The notes under the pieces are model-generated. The model was not told where the DNA came from. It did no database searches and saw only the letters and a list, made by a program, of their open reading frames with translations. Source: Gammaproteobacteria bacterium (lineage in GTDB: Bacteria; Pseudomonadota; Gammaproteobacteria; Eutrophobiales; Eutrophobiaceae). Taken from it: a DNA stretch of 64,000 nt. A program made the translations under genes and the position numbers. Location: contig JANQJZ010000044.1 of the NCBI GenBank assembly GCA_028281365.1, positions 29,818 to 93,817 of the forward strand, given 5' to 3'. Each line of letters opens with the position of its first letter. Within the stretch, counting starts at the first letter, position 1. Below are positions 30,251-39,683 of the stretch, piece after piece.

Positions 30251-31425
30251 TTTTGTGCTCCAAAGCGGATACTTTTAGCTGCACATTGCGCAATATGTTC
30301 TGCATCGTCAACACTTTGACCTAATGCCGTTACATGCCCCATTTTACGTCCTATGTTGGTTGTTGTTTTACCGTAAACATGAATATGAGCCCCATCTACC
30401 TTTAAAGCATCATCAATTCCAGCCGGGTAACCATTACCCTGCACTTCGCCTAAAAGATTTATCATCACGGCGGCAGGACTAACCATGTTTGTTGATCCTA
30501 ATGGCCAACCAAGTATCGCGCGTACATGATTTTCAAATTGAGAACATTCACATGCTTCAATGGTGTAATGCCCCGAATTATGAACTCTCGGTGCCATTTC
30601 ATTAAGAATAATGTGATTGTCACTGGTTAAGAACATTTCAACGCCTATTGTACCGATCCCGTCGATTGATTCGACAGCTTTGCAGGCCAAATCAGTCGCA
30701 TCATTAATCAAAGAATCTTCTATTTTTGCAGGTGCCCGGACAATATGACAAATATGGTCCCTTTGCACAGATTCTACCACCGGATAAGTGGCTATTTCAC
30801 CGTCACGGCCACGCGTAACCATAACTGCAAGTTCCATAGTAAATTGACAAAACCCTTCTACATATAGCTCTCGATTTTCTCCGTCCAGTTTGTTCCAGGC
30901 ATTATCAATATCCTGTTCTGATTTGAGTGTGGCATTGCCCTTACCGTCATACCCATTCCTTCTGGCCTTCAAGACAAGAGGCCAACCTAATCGTTTAGAT
31001 TCACTAATAATATCTTCCCTGGAACTGACTCCTGCAAATGCTGCAACTGCAATTCCAGCATCTGCCAAAGTTTGTTTTTGAATGAGTTTATCCTGTACAA
31101 GACTTATTGTTTTAGCACTCGGTAAAACAGTGTAGCCAGCCTGCTCTACTTTTTTTAGACTATTGGCATCAACAAATTCATTTTCCAGTGACACAATATC
31201 TACCGTCCTGGCAAGTTTTAGAATTTCCTGTGGATTATCCCAATCCCCATAAAAAATATTCGCTGCCAATTTAGATGACGGGAATTCTTTGGCCCTCTCC
31301 AATATGGCTACCTCACAACCTAGCTCCATAGCAGACAAAGCAGTCATTTTTGCAAGTTGACCACCGCCAATAATTCCAATTTTGCATATGCTTGAGCTAT
31401 TCGCGTTTGCTGCTATCTGCGCCAT
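30247..31425 (-). CDS. purK: N5-carboxyaminoimidazole ribonucleotide synthase
   Basis: ATP-grasp fold. purK-purE overlap. Confidence 0.85.
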   Translation of the reverse strand: MAQIAANANSSSICKIGIIGGGQLAKMTALSAMELGCEVAILERAKEFPSSKLAANIFYGDWDNPQEILKLARTVDIVSLENEFVDANSLKKVEQAGYTVLPSAKTISLVQDKLIQKQTLADAGIAVAAFAGVSSREDIISESKRLGWPLVLKARRNGYDGKGNATLKSEQDIDNAWNKLDGENRELYVEGFCQFTMELAVMVTRGRDGEIATYPVVESVQRDHICHIVRAPAKIEDSLINDATDLACKAVESIDGIGTIGVEMFLTSDNHIILNEMAPRVHNSGHYTIEACECSQFENHVRAILGWPLGSTNMVSPAAVMINLLGEVQGNGYPAGIDDALKVDGAHIHVYGKTTTNIGRKMGHVTALGQSVDDAEHIAQCAAKSIRFGAQK

Positions 31426-31612
31426 ATCTATGCCTACAAAAAACAGGCGAATTTATCATATTTCATCTGCTAATGCTGTAGCAGTTGCTTTAATTTATTA
31501 AATTATTTGCGCGCAGATGTATTGATCAAAATTGATAACGGGGATTCATTATTAGCAGACAATTAATACATGAAGTAATGTATATATATACTATTAATTC
31601 AGACATGTATTC

Positions 31613-33064
31613 ATGACAAATAACACTTTATTTTTGTTTCGCAATGATCTCCGGTTAAACGATAACACTGCATTGAGTGCTGCCTGTCAGACAAATCAAC
31701 CTGTTATTTTTTTATATATACTTGATGAAAAAGCCACTAATGACAGGTATCACGATATCGGTAGTGCCAGTCGCTGGTGGCTACATCACAGTCTATTTTC
31801 ACTTTCTATCGAAATAGAAAAATTTGGCGGATATTTAAATTTAAGAAAAGGTAATACACTCAAGATACTTAATGAATTTATTGACAAGGAAAACATAAAC
31901 AAACTTTATTTTAGCCGGGGATACCAGCCCCTGGAAGTAAAAACAGAAAATGAAATTTACGCACGTTGGCATAAAAAAATAGAACTCAAACGTTATGCTG
32001 GTTACTCGTTATTTGAACCCGAACAGATTCATGCTGCCAATGGCCAAACATATAAAGTCTATACACCATTTTGGAAAGCCTGTCTTAAACAGCCAATACC
32101 TGCATTAAAAAACAAATTTAAACCACCAACAAAAAAAACAAGAAAAAAATTCAGATCAGATAATCTTAAAGATTGGAAATTATTACCATCCAAGCCTGAT
32201 TGGTCTAAAGGTTTTAATCAATACTGGTGCCCGGGTGAACAGGGTGCAATTCATGCATTGAATAAATTTCTGAATAGTGGATTCTTTGAATATGATTATG
32301 GGCGTAACAGACCAGATCTGGTAGCTACTTCTCGTTTATCAGCACATTTACATTTTGGAGAAATCTCTCCTGCAAGAATCTGGCATGAAGTAAAAAATTT
32401 TACTAACAAACATAATATTGATCATGTGAATTTAACCAGCTATTTACGGGAACTGGGCTGGAGAGAGTTTTCAACACACCTGCTGTTTAATTGGCCTGAA
32501 CTAGCAAATAAACCTTTTAAAAAAGAATATAAGACATTTCCATGGAGACGGAACAAAAAAAACTTAACAGCATGGCAAAAAGGACTAACAGGGTATCCAA
32601 TAGTTGATGCCGGTATGCGTCAACTCTGGTATAGCGGTTGGATGCATAACCGGGTCCGAATGATCGTCGCATCATTTCTGGTTAAACATTTATTGATTCC
32701 CTGGCAAGACGGAGAAAAATGGTTTTGGGATACTTTAGTAGATGCTGACCTGGCCAATAATGCGGCAAGCTGGCAGTGGGTTGCAGGGTCAGGTGCCGAT
32801 GCCGCGCCTTATTTCAGAATATTTAACCCGATACTACAGGGGAAAAAATTTGATCCTCATGGGAATTATGTAAGGGAATGGGTCCCGGAAATTCGTAAAC
32901 TTTCAAATGACGTGGTGCATGAACCATGGCTGGCAGATAAACAGCAGCTATCGAATGCTGAACTTGCACTGGGTGTAAACTACCCTAAACCTATTGTTAC
33001 GCATGAAAATGGCAGAACACGTGCTTTATCAGCATTTAAAAAGTTTAAATCAGGATCAAATTAA
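31613..33064 (+). CDS. phrB: Deoxyribodipyrimidine photolyase
   Basis: FRNDLRLNDNTAL N-terminus and FAD-binding C-terminal domain, 483 aa. Confidence 0.85.
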   Translation: MTNNTLFLFRNDLRLNDNTALSAACQTNQPVIFLYILDEKATNDRYHDIGSASRWWLHHSLFSLSIEIEKFGGYLNLRKGNTLKILNEFIDKENINKLYFSRGYQPLEVKTENEIYARWHKKIELKRYAGYSLFEPEQIHAANGQTYKVYTPFWKACLKQPIPALKNKFKPPTKKTRKKFRSDNLKDWKLLPSKPDWSKGFNQYWCPGEQGAIHALNKFLNSGFFEYDYGRNRPDLVATSRLSAHLHFGEISPARIWHEVKNFTNKHNIDHVNLTSYLRELGWREFSTHLLFNWPELANKPFKKEYKTFPWRRNKKNLTAWQKGLTGYPIVDAGMRQLWYSGWMHNRVRMIVASFLVKHLLIPWQDGEKWFWDTLVDADLANNAASWQWVAGSGADAAPYFRIFNPILQGKKFDPHGNYVREWVPEIRKLSNDVVHEPWLADKQQLSNAELALGVNYPKPIVTHENGRTRALSAFKKFKSGSN

Positions 33065-33263
33065 TGGTTATTGTTAACCAATTTACTGGTTAAATAGAAC
33101 CAATAATTTAACTTTTAGCATACATTTGAAATAATAATGTTCTATATAAATTATTGATATATATAATGAAATTGTAATTTTACAGTTTTTGGCACAGTAT
33201 CTGCTGTATCTATAGTACGTAAAGTAATTTACTTTTTTGTTAACCTAAAAAGAGGATAGAACA

Positions 33264-33338
33264 ATGAAATGGGAAACACCTGAATATAACGACATTCGTT
33301 TTGGTTTTGAAGTCACCATGTACATCAACAACAAATAA
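33264..33338 (+). CDS. pqqA: Coenzyme PQQ precursor peptide PqqA (24 aa, not in ORF track)
   Basis: MKWETPEYNDIRFGFEVTMYINNK matches the PqqA consensus W.KP.YTDLRIGFEVTMY, with the conserved E-x3-Y crosslink residues. AAGAGGA RBS 7 nt upstream and an intrinsic terminator 28 nt downstream. Confidence 0.85.
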   Translation: MKWETPEYNDIRFGFEVTMYINNK

Positions 33339-33365
33339 GACTTCCTTCTCGAAAGAGTAAATAAA

Positions 33366-33394
33366 AAAGGGACTACAAAGTCCCTTTTTTATTT
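33366..33394 (+). terminator. Rho-independent terminator (AAAGGGACTacaaAGTCCCTTTTTT)
   Basis: 9-bp stem, 4-nt loop and T6 run directly after pqqA. Confidence 0.8.
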
Positions 33395-33592
33395 GCGCGA
33401 TTATTATTATCTCTAAATAATCTGTAGCTGATTTTCTGTTATACAACAATTTCTTTCGCTTTATAGAGTACCTTGTCTGCTCTTTGCAATACTGAATTAA
33501 AGTTCATGATTAAAATATTATGCAGCCTGCAATAGAGGTTAGACGTTTCCCGATCAAAGACTAAAAAGTATTATTTATTGAACAGGGCGATA

Positions 33593-34213
33593 CTAGTTTG
33601 CAGCACTTGCCCTTTCTTTATCGACGAGCTGGTTAACTATTTTTAGAAGATTTGAAAAACTACCCGCAGTTGAGCCAGTTACCATATATTTTCCATTCAC
33701 TATAACAGCGGGAACACCGGTTATTTTATAGCGTTGCCCCATAATATATGCCTGCTTGACCTTGGTTTCAGTTTCTTCAGATTGATAAACCTTCTTGAAT
33801 TCATCATCATCAATTCCCTGTTTAATGAAGAATTTTCGTATAGCAGAATCATCATGAATGTTTTTTTTGTGCTTATGAATTGCGCTAAACAATGGACTGT
33901 GAACAGTATCCAATACACCCAGCTTTTCTGCAGTAAAAAAAGCGCGGGCATGAGGAATCCAGCTTTTTCTAAAAATTCCTGGCATACGTCTGAACTCGAC
34001 ATCATCTGGCTTGTTTGCTAACCAGTCATGAAGATAAGGTTCGAATTCATAACAATGAGGACAGGCATACCAGAATACTTCTAATACCTCTATCTTATCA
34101 CCGGTTTGTGTAGGTTGAGCAGGTTCAATATCAACGTATCCATCTGCCGCATAAAGATAAGGAGTAAATACAATAAAAACAGAAATTGTTAATGATATGA
34201 TAAGTTTTTTCAT
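33593..34213 (-). CDS. dsbA: Thiol:disulfide interchange protein DsbA
   Basis: CPHC active site, signal peptide, 206 aa. Confidence 0.85.
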   Translation of the reverse strand: MKKLIISLTISVFIVFTPYLYAADGYVDIEPAQPTQTGDKIEVLEVFWYACPHCYEFEPYLHDWLANKPDDVEFRRMPGIFRKSWIPHARAFFTAEKLGVLDTVHSPLFSAIHKHKKNIHDDSAIRKFFIKQGIDDDEFKKVYQSEETETKVKQAYIMGQRYKITGVPAVIVNGKYMVTGSTAGSFSNLLKIVNQLVDKERASAAN

Positions 34214-34306
34214 GGTCGTCCTAATTGTTATTGGTAGATATTATTCTTGTATAAACCTTTAGACTGCATAAATGCAGTTTTACTCAATATATTATGCAGA
34301 TAAATA

Positions 34307-34957
34307 TTAATGGAGGCCCTGAATATACTCTGATACCGCTTCTATTTGGGCATTTGTCATAGGGCCGGAAATCGAACGCATGACATTATTTGCATCATTA
34401 CTACGTTCTTCTGTCTTGAACATCTTCAACTGAGTCGCGGTATATGTAGCATGCTGTCCTGCTAATGCCGGGTACAAGGCACCCGGGTTACCTGTACCAT
34501 TCGGACCATGACAGGCCATACATGCCGGGACACCGGATTGACTGTCACCCGCACGGTATAGTTTCTGGCCCTGAGCAATTAATTCCGGTTTGGCAGAACC
34601 TCCTTTAACTTTTTGGCTGGCAAAATAGGCTGCGATATGATGCATATCCTGTTCACTTAAATTTGCTACCATTCCCGTCATTTGTGCATTGACACGACGA
34701 CCTTCCTTAAAATCTTTTAATTGTTTTACGGTATAAGAGATATGTTGACCCGCAAGTTTGGGCCAAACCGGATTAACACTATTACCATCAACACTATGAC
34801 ATGCGGCACAGGGCTGCGCTAAATCCTTACCTTTCGCTGGATCACCTTCACTGGCGAAAATAGAATTTACGTTAAAAATTAACAGGCTAACTACACATAG
34901 ATATTGTAATTTCATGACTCCAGTCCTTAAGGTAAACATATAGCTACTTACGAACAA
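34307..34957 (-). CDS. cc4: Cytochrome c4 (diheme); probable start at internal MKLQYL (~34915)
   Basis: Two CxxCH motifs (CAACH, CMACH) and a signal peptide. cc4-dsbA-engB neighbourhood as in Pseudomonas. Confidence 0.8.
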   Translation of the reverse strand: MFVSSYMFTLRTGVMKLQYLCVVSLLIFNVNSIFASEGDPAKGKDLAQPCAACHSVDGNSVNPVWPKLAGQHISYTVKQLKDFKEGRRVNAQMTGMVANLSEQDMHHIAAYFASQKVKGGSAKPELIAQGQKLYRAGDSQSGVPACMACHGPNGTGNPGALYPALAGQHATYTATQLKMFKTEERSNDANNVMRSISGPMTNAQIEAVSEYIQGLH

Positions 34958-35074
34958 TAAACTCGTAGTATGATTATTCTAATTACTTAAGTTTACCCGC
35001 AATAGGGCCAATTAATAAATACAATCTTGCTAAATCACTAATAGAGAATTTTCAACTTAACGCATTCAGGTAAC

Positions 35075-35690
35075 TATTATTACAAATCAAAAACCGGATA
35101 AGGGCTGGTATAGTCGTTTCGAATTCATCAAGGGAGTCACGTCGATAGCTCAATTACCGTCGGATGCGGGTAGAGAAGTTGCTTTCGCCGGCCGATCGAA
35201 TGTCGGTAAATCCAGCAGCATTAATAAAATTACCAATCGCCGGTCCCTGGCAAAAACAAGTAAAACACCAGGCAGAACACGGGAAATAAACTATTTTGCA
35301 TATTCCGAAAATATCCACATCGTAGACCTGCCTGGCTATGGTTATGCCAAAGTTGATGCCCACCTACAGCGCTCATGGTCGAAATTACTGGAATATTATC
35401 TTCAGAAAAGAAAAGCCCTGGTCGGAATATTTTTAATAATGGACATTCGACGCCCCATGACTGAATACGATCAACAAATGCTGGAATACTGTCAAACATG
35501 TCATCTGCCCGTTCACATACTTTTAAACAAATCTGACAAACTTTCCCGTCACGCCGCATTAAAATCGATGACACAAATCAAGAATCAACTGCCATTTCCC
35601 AACACCAGCTTTCAGCTATTTTCTGCACTTAAATCTACTGGTGTCGATATTGCCAGAACAAAACTGGCAGAATGGCTTTTTTATCAGTAA
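35075..35690 (+). pseudogene. engB: GTP-binding protein EngB/YihA with an apparent 1-nt insertion frameshift and no canonical start codon
   Basis: Frame 2 encodes ...FEFIKGVTSIAQLPS, then stops. Frame 0 continues DAGREVAFAGRSNVGKSS...DLPGYGYAKV to the stop at 35690. The join (ccgtCcggatgcg, ~35157-35163) would read LPSDAG if one C were removed. No ATG/GTG/TTG occurs in 35041-35160. Confidence 0.55.
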
Positions 35691-35713
35691 TTCAGAAATA
35701 TAAAGATAAAAAG

Positions 35714-35815
35714 TGCCCCGGGTGTTTCTTTAGGGGAATGTAGGGCATCCGGGGCCAGGGTTTCCCGGCTGGGGAGAACCGGGTTTTTTTCTGCCTTGGG
35801 AGGTTGGCAGAAAAA
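35714..35815 (+). other. GC-rich structured element: three consecutive hairpins (GCCCCGG...CCGGGGC; CCCGG-loop-CCGGG+T7; CTGCC-loop-GGCAG+A5). The middle one is a likely engB terminator
   Basis: Seen directly. Conspicuous in an AT-rich genome. Begins 24 nt after the engB stop. Confidence 0.5.
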
Positions 35816-36205
35816 TCGAGCTTTATAACTTAGAACCCGAACCTATATATGAGTTCCCTGATTTTCGAATTTGTCAACAGAACTTGAATCTTTATACACA
35901 GATTGAATTTACTATCACTTACGCTGTTTACTGTCCTGCAAAACAACGCCCTGAAGCCAAATGAGTACGGTATAAATTATTGATAATAAAGTATTAATAA
36001 GCAGGTGGTTAATTTTTAACAATTTTGTAATATATGAGACAACTATGCTCTTTCCAGCCGACTGTGCGCACTGCATCCACAAAGATATCCACAGAAAATG
36101 TGGATAAAGAACTAAGCTTCAAATAGAGCAATTAGTTAGGAAATGAAAACTAGAATCCGCTTGAAGAGCTGTAATAGAAAAAGGGCTTAATACTTAACAA
36201 TAGCG

Positions 36206-37684
36206 TTATTTAACTATCTTTAACAATTCGCCTTTTCTGGCTTCTCCATGTGGATATTTGGCATTTAACAGACGCAATTTCGATTCCGCATGATTTTCCA
36301 ATGGTGATTGCCTGGCCAGGTCTATAAATCGGGTAGATTCTCCGGCCTGTACCACAGTTAAACGAAGTGGCTTGGCTAAAACCCTCTCATTTTCCGTCAA
36401 TTGATGAAATGACTTTGCCGTATTCAATATAAGCTGATCAAATTTTGCTATTTGGCCCGGTTCTCTACTGGTACCGGCAATGATATAGGCACGCTGCTCA
36501 TAATAGAGCACAACAAAACGCGTCGGACGATTACCCTCTGTGGTTCTAACCACGGATATACCTGTATGCGCAGGCAAACCATTAATGCTCAGGGATGACT
36601 CACTGTCCAGATTACCTAGGCCAAGCCTCTGAAACATAAAATCCCTTGGTGAAATTTTTTTATTGATATCTTCCACACTGATTTGTATCAGGGCAGACCC
36701 TTCGGGAGCCGTTAATATAATGACATCAGGTCTATTTGTTACCGTCCATTTCCTGGGAAAGCTCATGGCAAAATTCAGATCACTATGGAAAAAACGACCA
36801 CCGCGTAAAATACCCTCGCGAGGACTGTCACCGTAGACCATATTATCGATAAAGGATAAATATTCCTCATGCCCAACATATTGTGCTTTACTGGTATCAC
36901 TCAGTTGTTTAGCTGTACCAACAACTTCTTGCAAACGTTTATCATTGTCAGGATGGGTTGAAAATACGCCATGGTAAATACGAGGTTGACGGCCTTCTGC
37001 CCTGGCTAATTCGGTTTCGAATATTTCCTGATCTTTTAACACACTTATTACATCAAGCATCGCTTGCGGATTGTAATTGGTGCGTGCCAGATATTCTGCA
37101 CCTAAACGATCAGCCTCCAATTCATGTTCCCTGCCATAACCTCTTAACAAAGCAGCCCCGAAAAGCTGGGCCAACTGATTTGATGCCTGATTCATTCCGG
37201 GAACAAATATTGAACCCAATACTAATCCGATATTTGTAAGTTGATTTGCACTGTATTGTCTAACTGAATGACGTGCGGTGACATGCCCGATTTCATGTCC
37301 AAGTACTGCAGCTAATTCTGCTTCAGATTTCAGATAGGCCATCAAGCCACGTGTAATGTAGATATATCCACCCGGCAAGGCAAATGCGTTTACTTCTTTA
37401 CTGTCCAGTACAGTAAAACGGTATACCAGGTTATTACGATGACTTTTAGCAGCTAATTTAGTGCCTATATCCTGTACATATTTTTGTAATGCCGGATCTT
37501 CATAAACAGCATACTGCTTTAAAACTTCCTGGTGCGTTTTACGACCTAATGAAATTTCATCACTCTCGGAAAGCAGAACCAGGTCCTGTTGACCAGTAAC
37601 AGGGTTAACAGCACAGCCACTGATATATAAAAAACAGATTAGATAAATTGGAATAAAAATTCTCATTTTCATATTTTGTGACAA
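36206..37684 (-). CDS. M48-family zinc metalloprotease lipoprotein
   Basis: Lipobox ISGCA and HEIGHVTARH zinc motif, 492 aa. Confidence 0.75.
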   Translation of the reverse strand: MSQNMKMRIFIPIYLICFLYISGCAVNPVTGQQDLVLLSESDEISLGRKTHQEVLKQYAVYEDPALQKYVQDIGTKLAAKSHRNNLVYRFTVLDSKEVNAFALPGGYIYITRGLMAYLKSEAELAAVLGHEIGHVTARHSVRQYSANQLTNIGLVLGSIFVPGMNQASNQLAQLFGAALLRGYGREHELEADRLGAEYLARTNYNPQAMLDVISVLKDQEIFETELARAEGRQPRIYHGVFSTHPDNDKRLQEVVGTAKQLSDTSKAQYVGHEEYLSFIDNMVYGDSPREGILRGGRFFHSDLNFAMSFPRKWTVTNRPDVIILTAPEGSALIQISVEDINKKISPRDFMFQRLGLGNLDSESSLSINGLPAHTGISVVRTTEGNRPTRFVVLYYEQRAYIIAGTSREPGQIAKFDQLILNTAKSFHQLTENERVLAKPLRLTVVQAGESTRFIDLARQSPLENHAESKLRLLNAKYPHGEARKGELLKIVK

Positions 37685-37696
37685 CCTCTTTTAATA

Positions 37697-38512
37697 TCAG
37701 TTCTCTGATAAATTAATGATATTAATGTCCAGTGGATGACGAATTTGCATACGTAACTGACCCTTTTTTTTATATAACCAGCCCTTGGCTTCTATGATCT
37801 TTCCTGCAAAAGATTTTAACGCATCATGATTAAAATACTTTAAATCATCTTTAATAATCCTGAGCGAGACATTATTTTCCAGGTTAATCCATATGGCAGA
37901 ACGGCTTTCCGTAACCCGTTCGACTTTACCAAAAATAAAATTAAATCCTCTCTCTTTTCCTGCAAGTGAATGAACATGTCTTGCTTTATATTTATCAAGC
38001 GCCCAAAGACCTCGTTGTGCCGTCCTCGCTGTTTTCGCTTTTTCCGTATAACAATCAAGATGCTTAAAATTTGGTGGAATTGTCAACGGTATTGCCAGGC
38101 CGTCTTCTAACATCAGAGCCTGAATATTCGTCCCAACCTCAAGATATAGATGCGCCAAAGTCCGACCGTGTCTGTCAGACTGTTCGATATCGTAGTTTAA
38201 ACCAACAATTTTAGATGTATTAAGTAGACGTTCGAGCTCGAGCTTTGCCCGCTCGGCACCGGCTTCATCAGGGCGATTATCGCGCCCTAATTCAGGGGTA
38301 TTGATACCGATTAAACGAACATGCCTGTTGTCCTCGAGTATGACAGTATCGCCATCAATTACATGCTTTATTCGGACCTTTTCATCGAAGTATGTACTTA
38401 CACAAGAATCTGGTGATTGCGGCTCTGAAACCCCATAGGGAGTAAAAAACAATAAAATTATGCCCATAAAAAAACGCCCGTTAAGGGCGCTTTTCCGGAT
38501 ACAGACTGACAT
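37697..38512 (-). CDS. Secreted thermonuclease (SNase-like) with extra C-terminal domain
   Basis: Signal peptide. SNase motifs IDGDTV...RLIGINTPE...DRHGRTLAH. Confidence 0.7.
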   Translation of the reverse strand: MSVCIRKSALNGRFFMGIILLFFTPYGVSEPQSPDSCVSTYFDEKVRIKHVIDGDTVILEDNRHVRLIGINTPELGRDNRPDEAGAERAKLELERLLNTSKIVGLNYDIEQSDRHGRTLAHLYLEVGTNIQALMLEDGLAIPLTIPPNFKHLDCYTEKAKTARTAQRGLWALDKYKARHVHSLAGKERGFNFIFGKVERVTESRSAIWINLENNVSLRIIKDDLKYFNHDALKSFAGKIIEAKGWLYKKKGQLRMQIRHPLDINIINLSEN

Positions 38513-38521
38513 GTTTATTAA

Positions 38522-38725
38522 TTACGACATGCCATACTTACGGCGGAATTTATCCACACGACCGGCTGTATCGAGCATCTTTTGTTTACCCGTGTAAAAA
38601 GGGTGGCATTCGGAACAAACGTCCAGATGCAGTTCTCCAGTATGGGTGGAGCGCGTTTTAAATGTGTTCCCACAACTACATTGAACTGTAACTTCATCGT
38701 AGTTTGGATGTATATCTGACTTCAT
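38522..38725 (-). CDS. rpmE: 50S ribosomal protein L31 (Zn-ribbon type)
   Basis: MKSDIHPNY...CSCGNTF...[12 protein letters not shown]. Confidence 0.9.
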   Translation of the reverse strand: MKSDIHPNYDEVTVQCSCGNTFKTRSTHTGELHLDVCSECHPFYTGKQKMLDTAGRVDKFRRKYGMS

Positions 38726-38853
38726 TTGCCTTGCTCTGGTTAATCGTATTCTTGAATCAGGGGCGGGGAGTTTATGTCAAACTTATGAGATTCGCAATGC
38801 TGCAGCACTATTATTCAGCTATTTTCATCATTTTTCAGGTCGAATGTTTAGTT

Positions 38854-39624
38854 CTAAAGCTTAAATTCGGCAACAACAGGTGTATGGTCTGAAGGTCGCT
38901 CAAGTTTACGAGGTTCTTTATCGATATAACAGGCATTGCATGATTTAGATAAAACATTGGATGCTAAAATATGATCTATTCTTAGTCCTCGATTGCGGCG
39001 GAAAGAGGCAGCCCGATAGTCCCACCATGAAAATATTTTGTCTTCCTGATCAAATAAACGAAAACAATCCGTTAACCCATGTGACAGCATTTTTTTAAAT
39101 TCTTCTCTTTCAGCTTCACTAACAAGTACATTACCTTCCCATTCTATCGGATCATGTACATCCTGATCTTCCGGCGCAATATTAAAATCACCCAATATAA
39201 CCAGATTATCATTACCTTTTAATAGTCTTTTTATGAACGGATGTAATTTGGAAAACCATTCAAGCTTATATTGATATTTTTCTGAACCAACCTCTGAACC
39301 ATTTGGAACATATAAATTAAGTATTGCTATATCAGAAGTTCTAATAGCCAGGACACGCCGTTGTTCATCATCATAATCCGGTAGCGAACCGGCAAGTGTA
39401 TCTATAGGAGTTTTACTAATTGTTGCTACTCCATTATACGTTTTTTGTCCTGTGTAACTTACCTGATAGCCAGCTTTAGTGATGGCTTCAAGCGGAAAGT
39501 TTTCATCGATTGATTTGGTTTCCTGTAATGCCAAAACATCCGGTTTTTCGGATTCGAGCCATTGCAAAACATGCGGCAAACGTACTTTTAGTGAATTAAC
39601 ATTCCAGGTCGCGATCTTAAACAC
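38854..39624 (-). CDS. xthA: Exodeoxyribonuclease III
   Basis: MFKIATWNVNSL...LALQETK EEP-nuclease signature, 256 aa. Confidence 0.85.
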   Translation of the reverse strand: MFKIATWNVNSLKVRLPHVLQWLESEKPDVLALQETKSIDENFPLEAITKAGYQVSYTGQKTYNGVATISKTPIDTLAGSLPDYDDEQRRVLAIRTSDIAILNLYVPNGSEVGSEKYQYKLEWFSKLHPFIKRLLKGNDNLVILGDFNIAPEDQDVHDPIEWEGNVLVSEAEREEFKKMLSHGLTDCFRLFDQEDKIFSWWDYRAASFRRNRGLRIDHILASNVLSKSCNACYIDKEPRKLERPSDHTPVVAEFKL

Positions 39625-39683
39625 AATATTATGCTGCGTAATTTTATTGTTTGTTTATATACAACAGGGGGTATGAACTATGA

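Noticed and set aside
33240-33449. 69-aa minus-strand ORF
   Set aside because: It spans the pqqA gene and its terminator on the opposite strand. The plus-strand pqqA assignment explains the region far better.
35154-35574. Two minus-strand ORFs (69 and 114 aa) overlapping engB
   Set aside because: They are antisense to the engB coding sequence. They appear in the track only because engB itself is broken into short frames.
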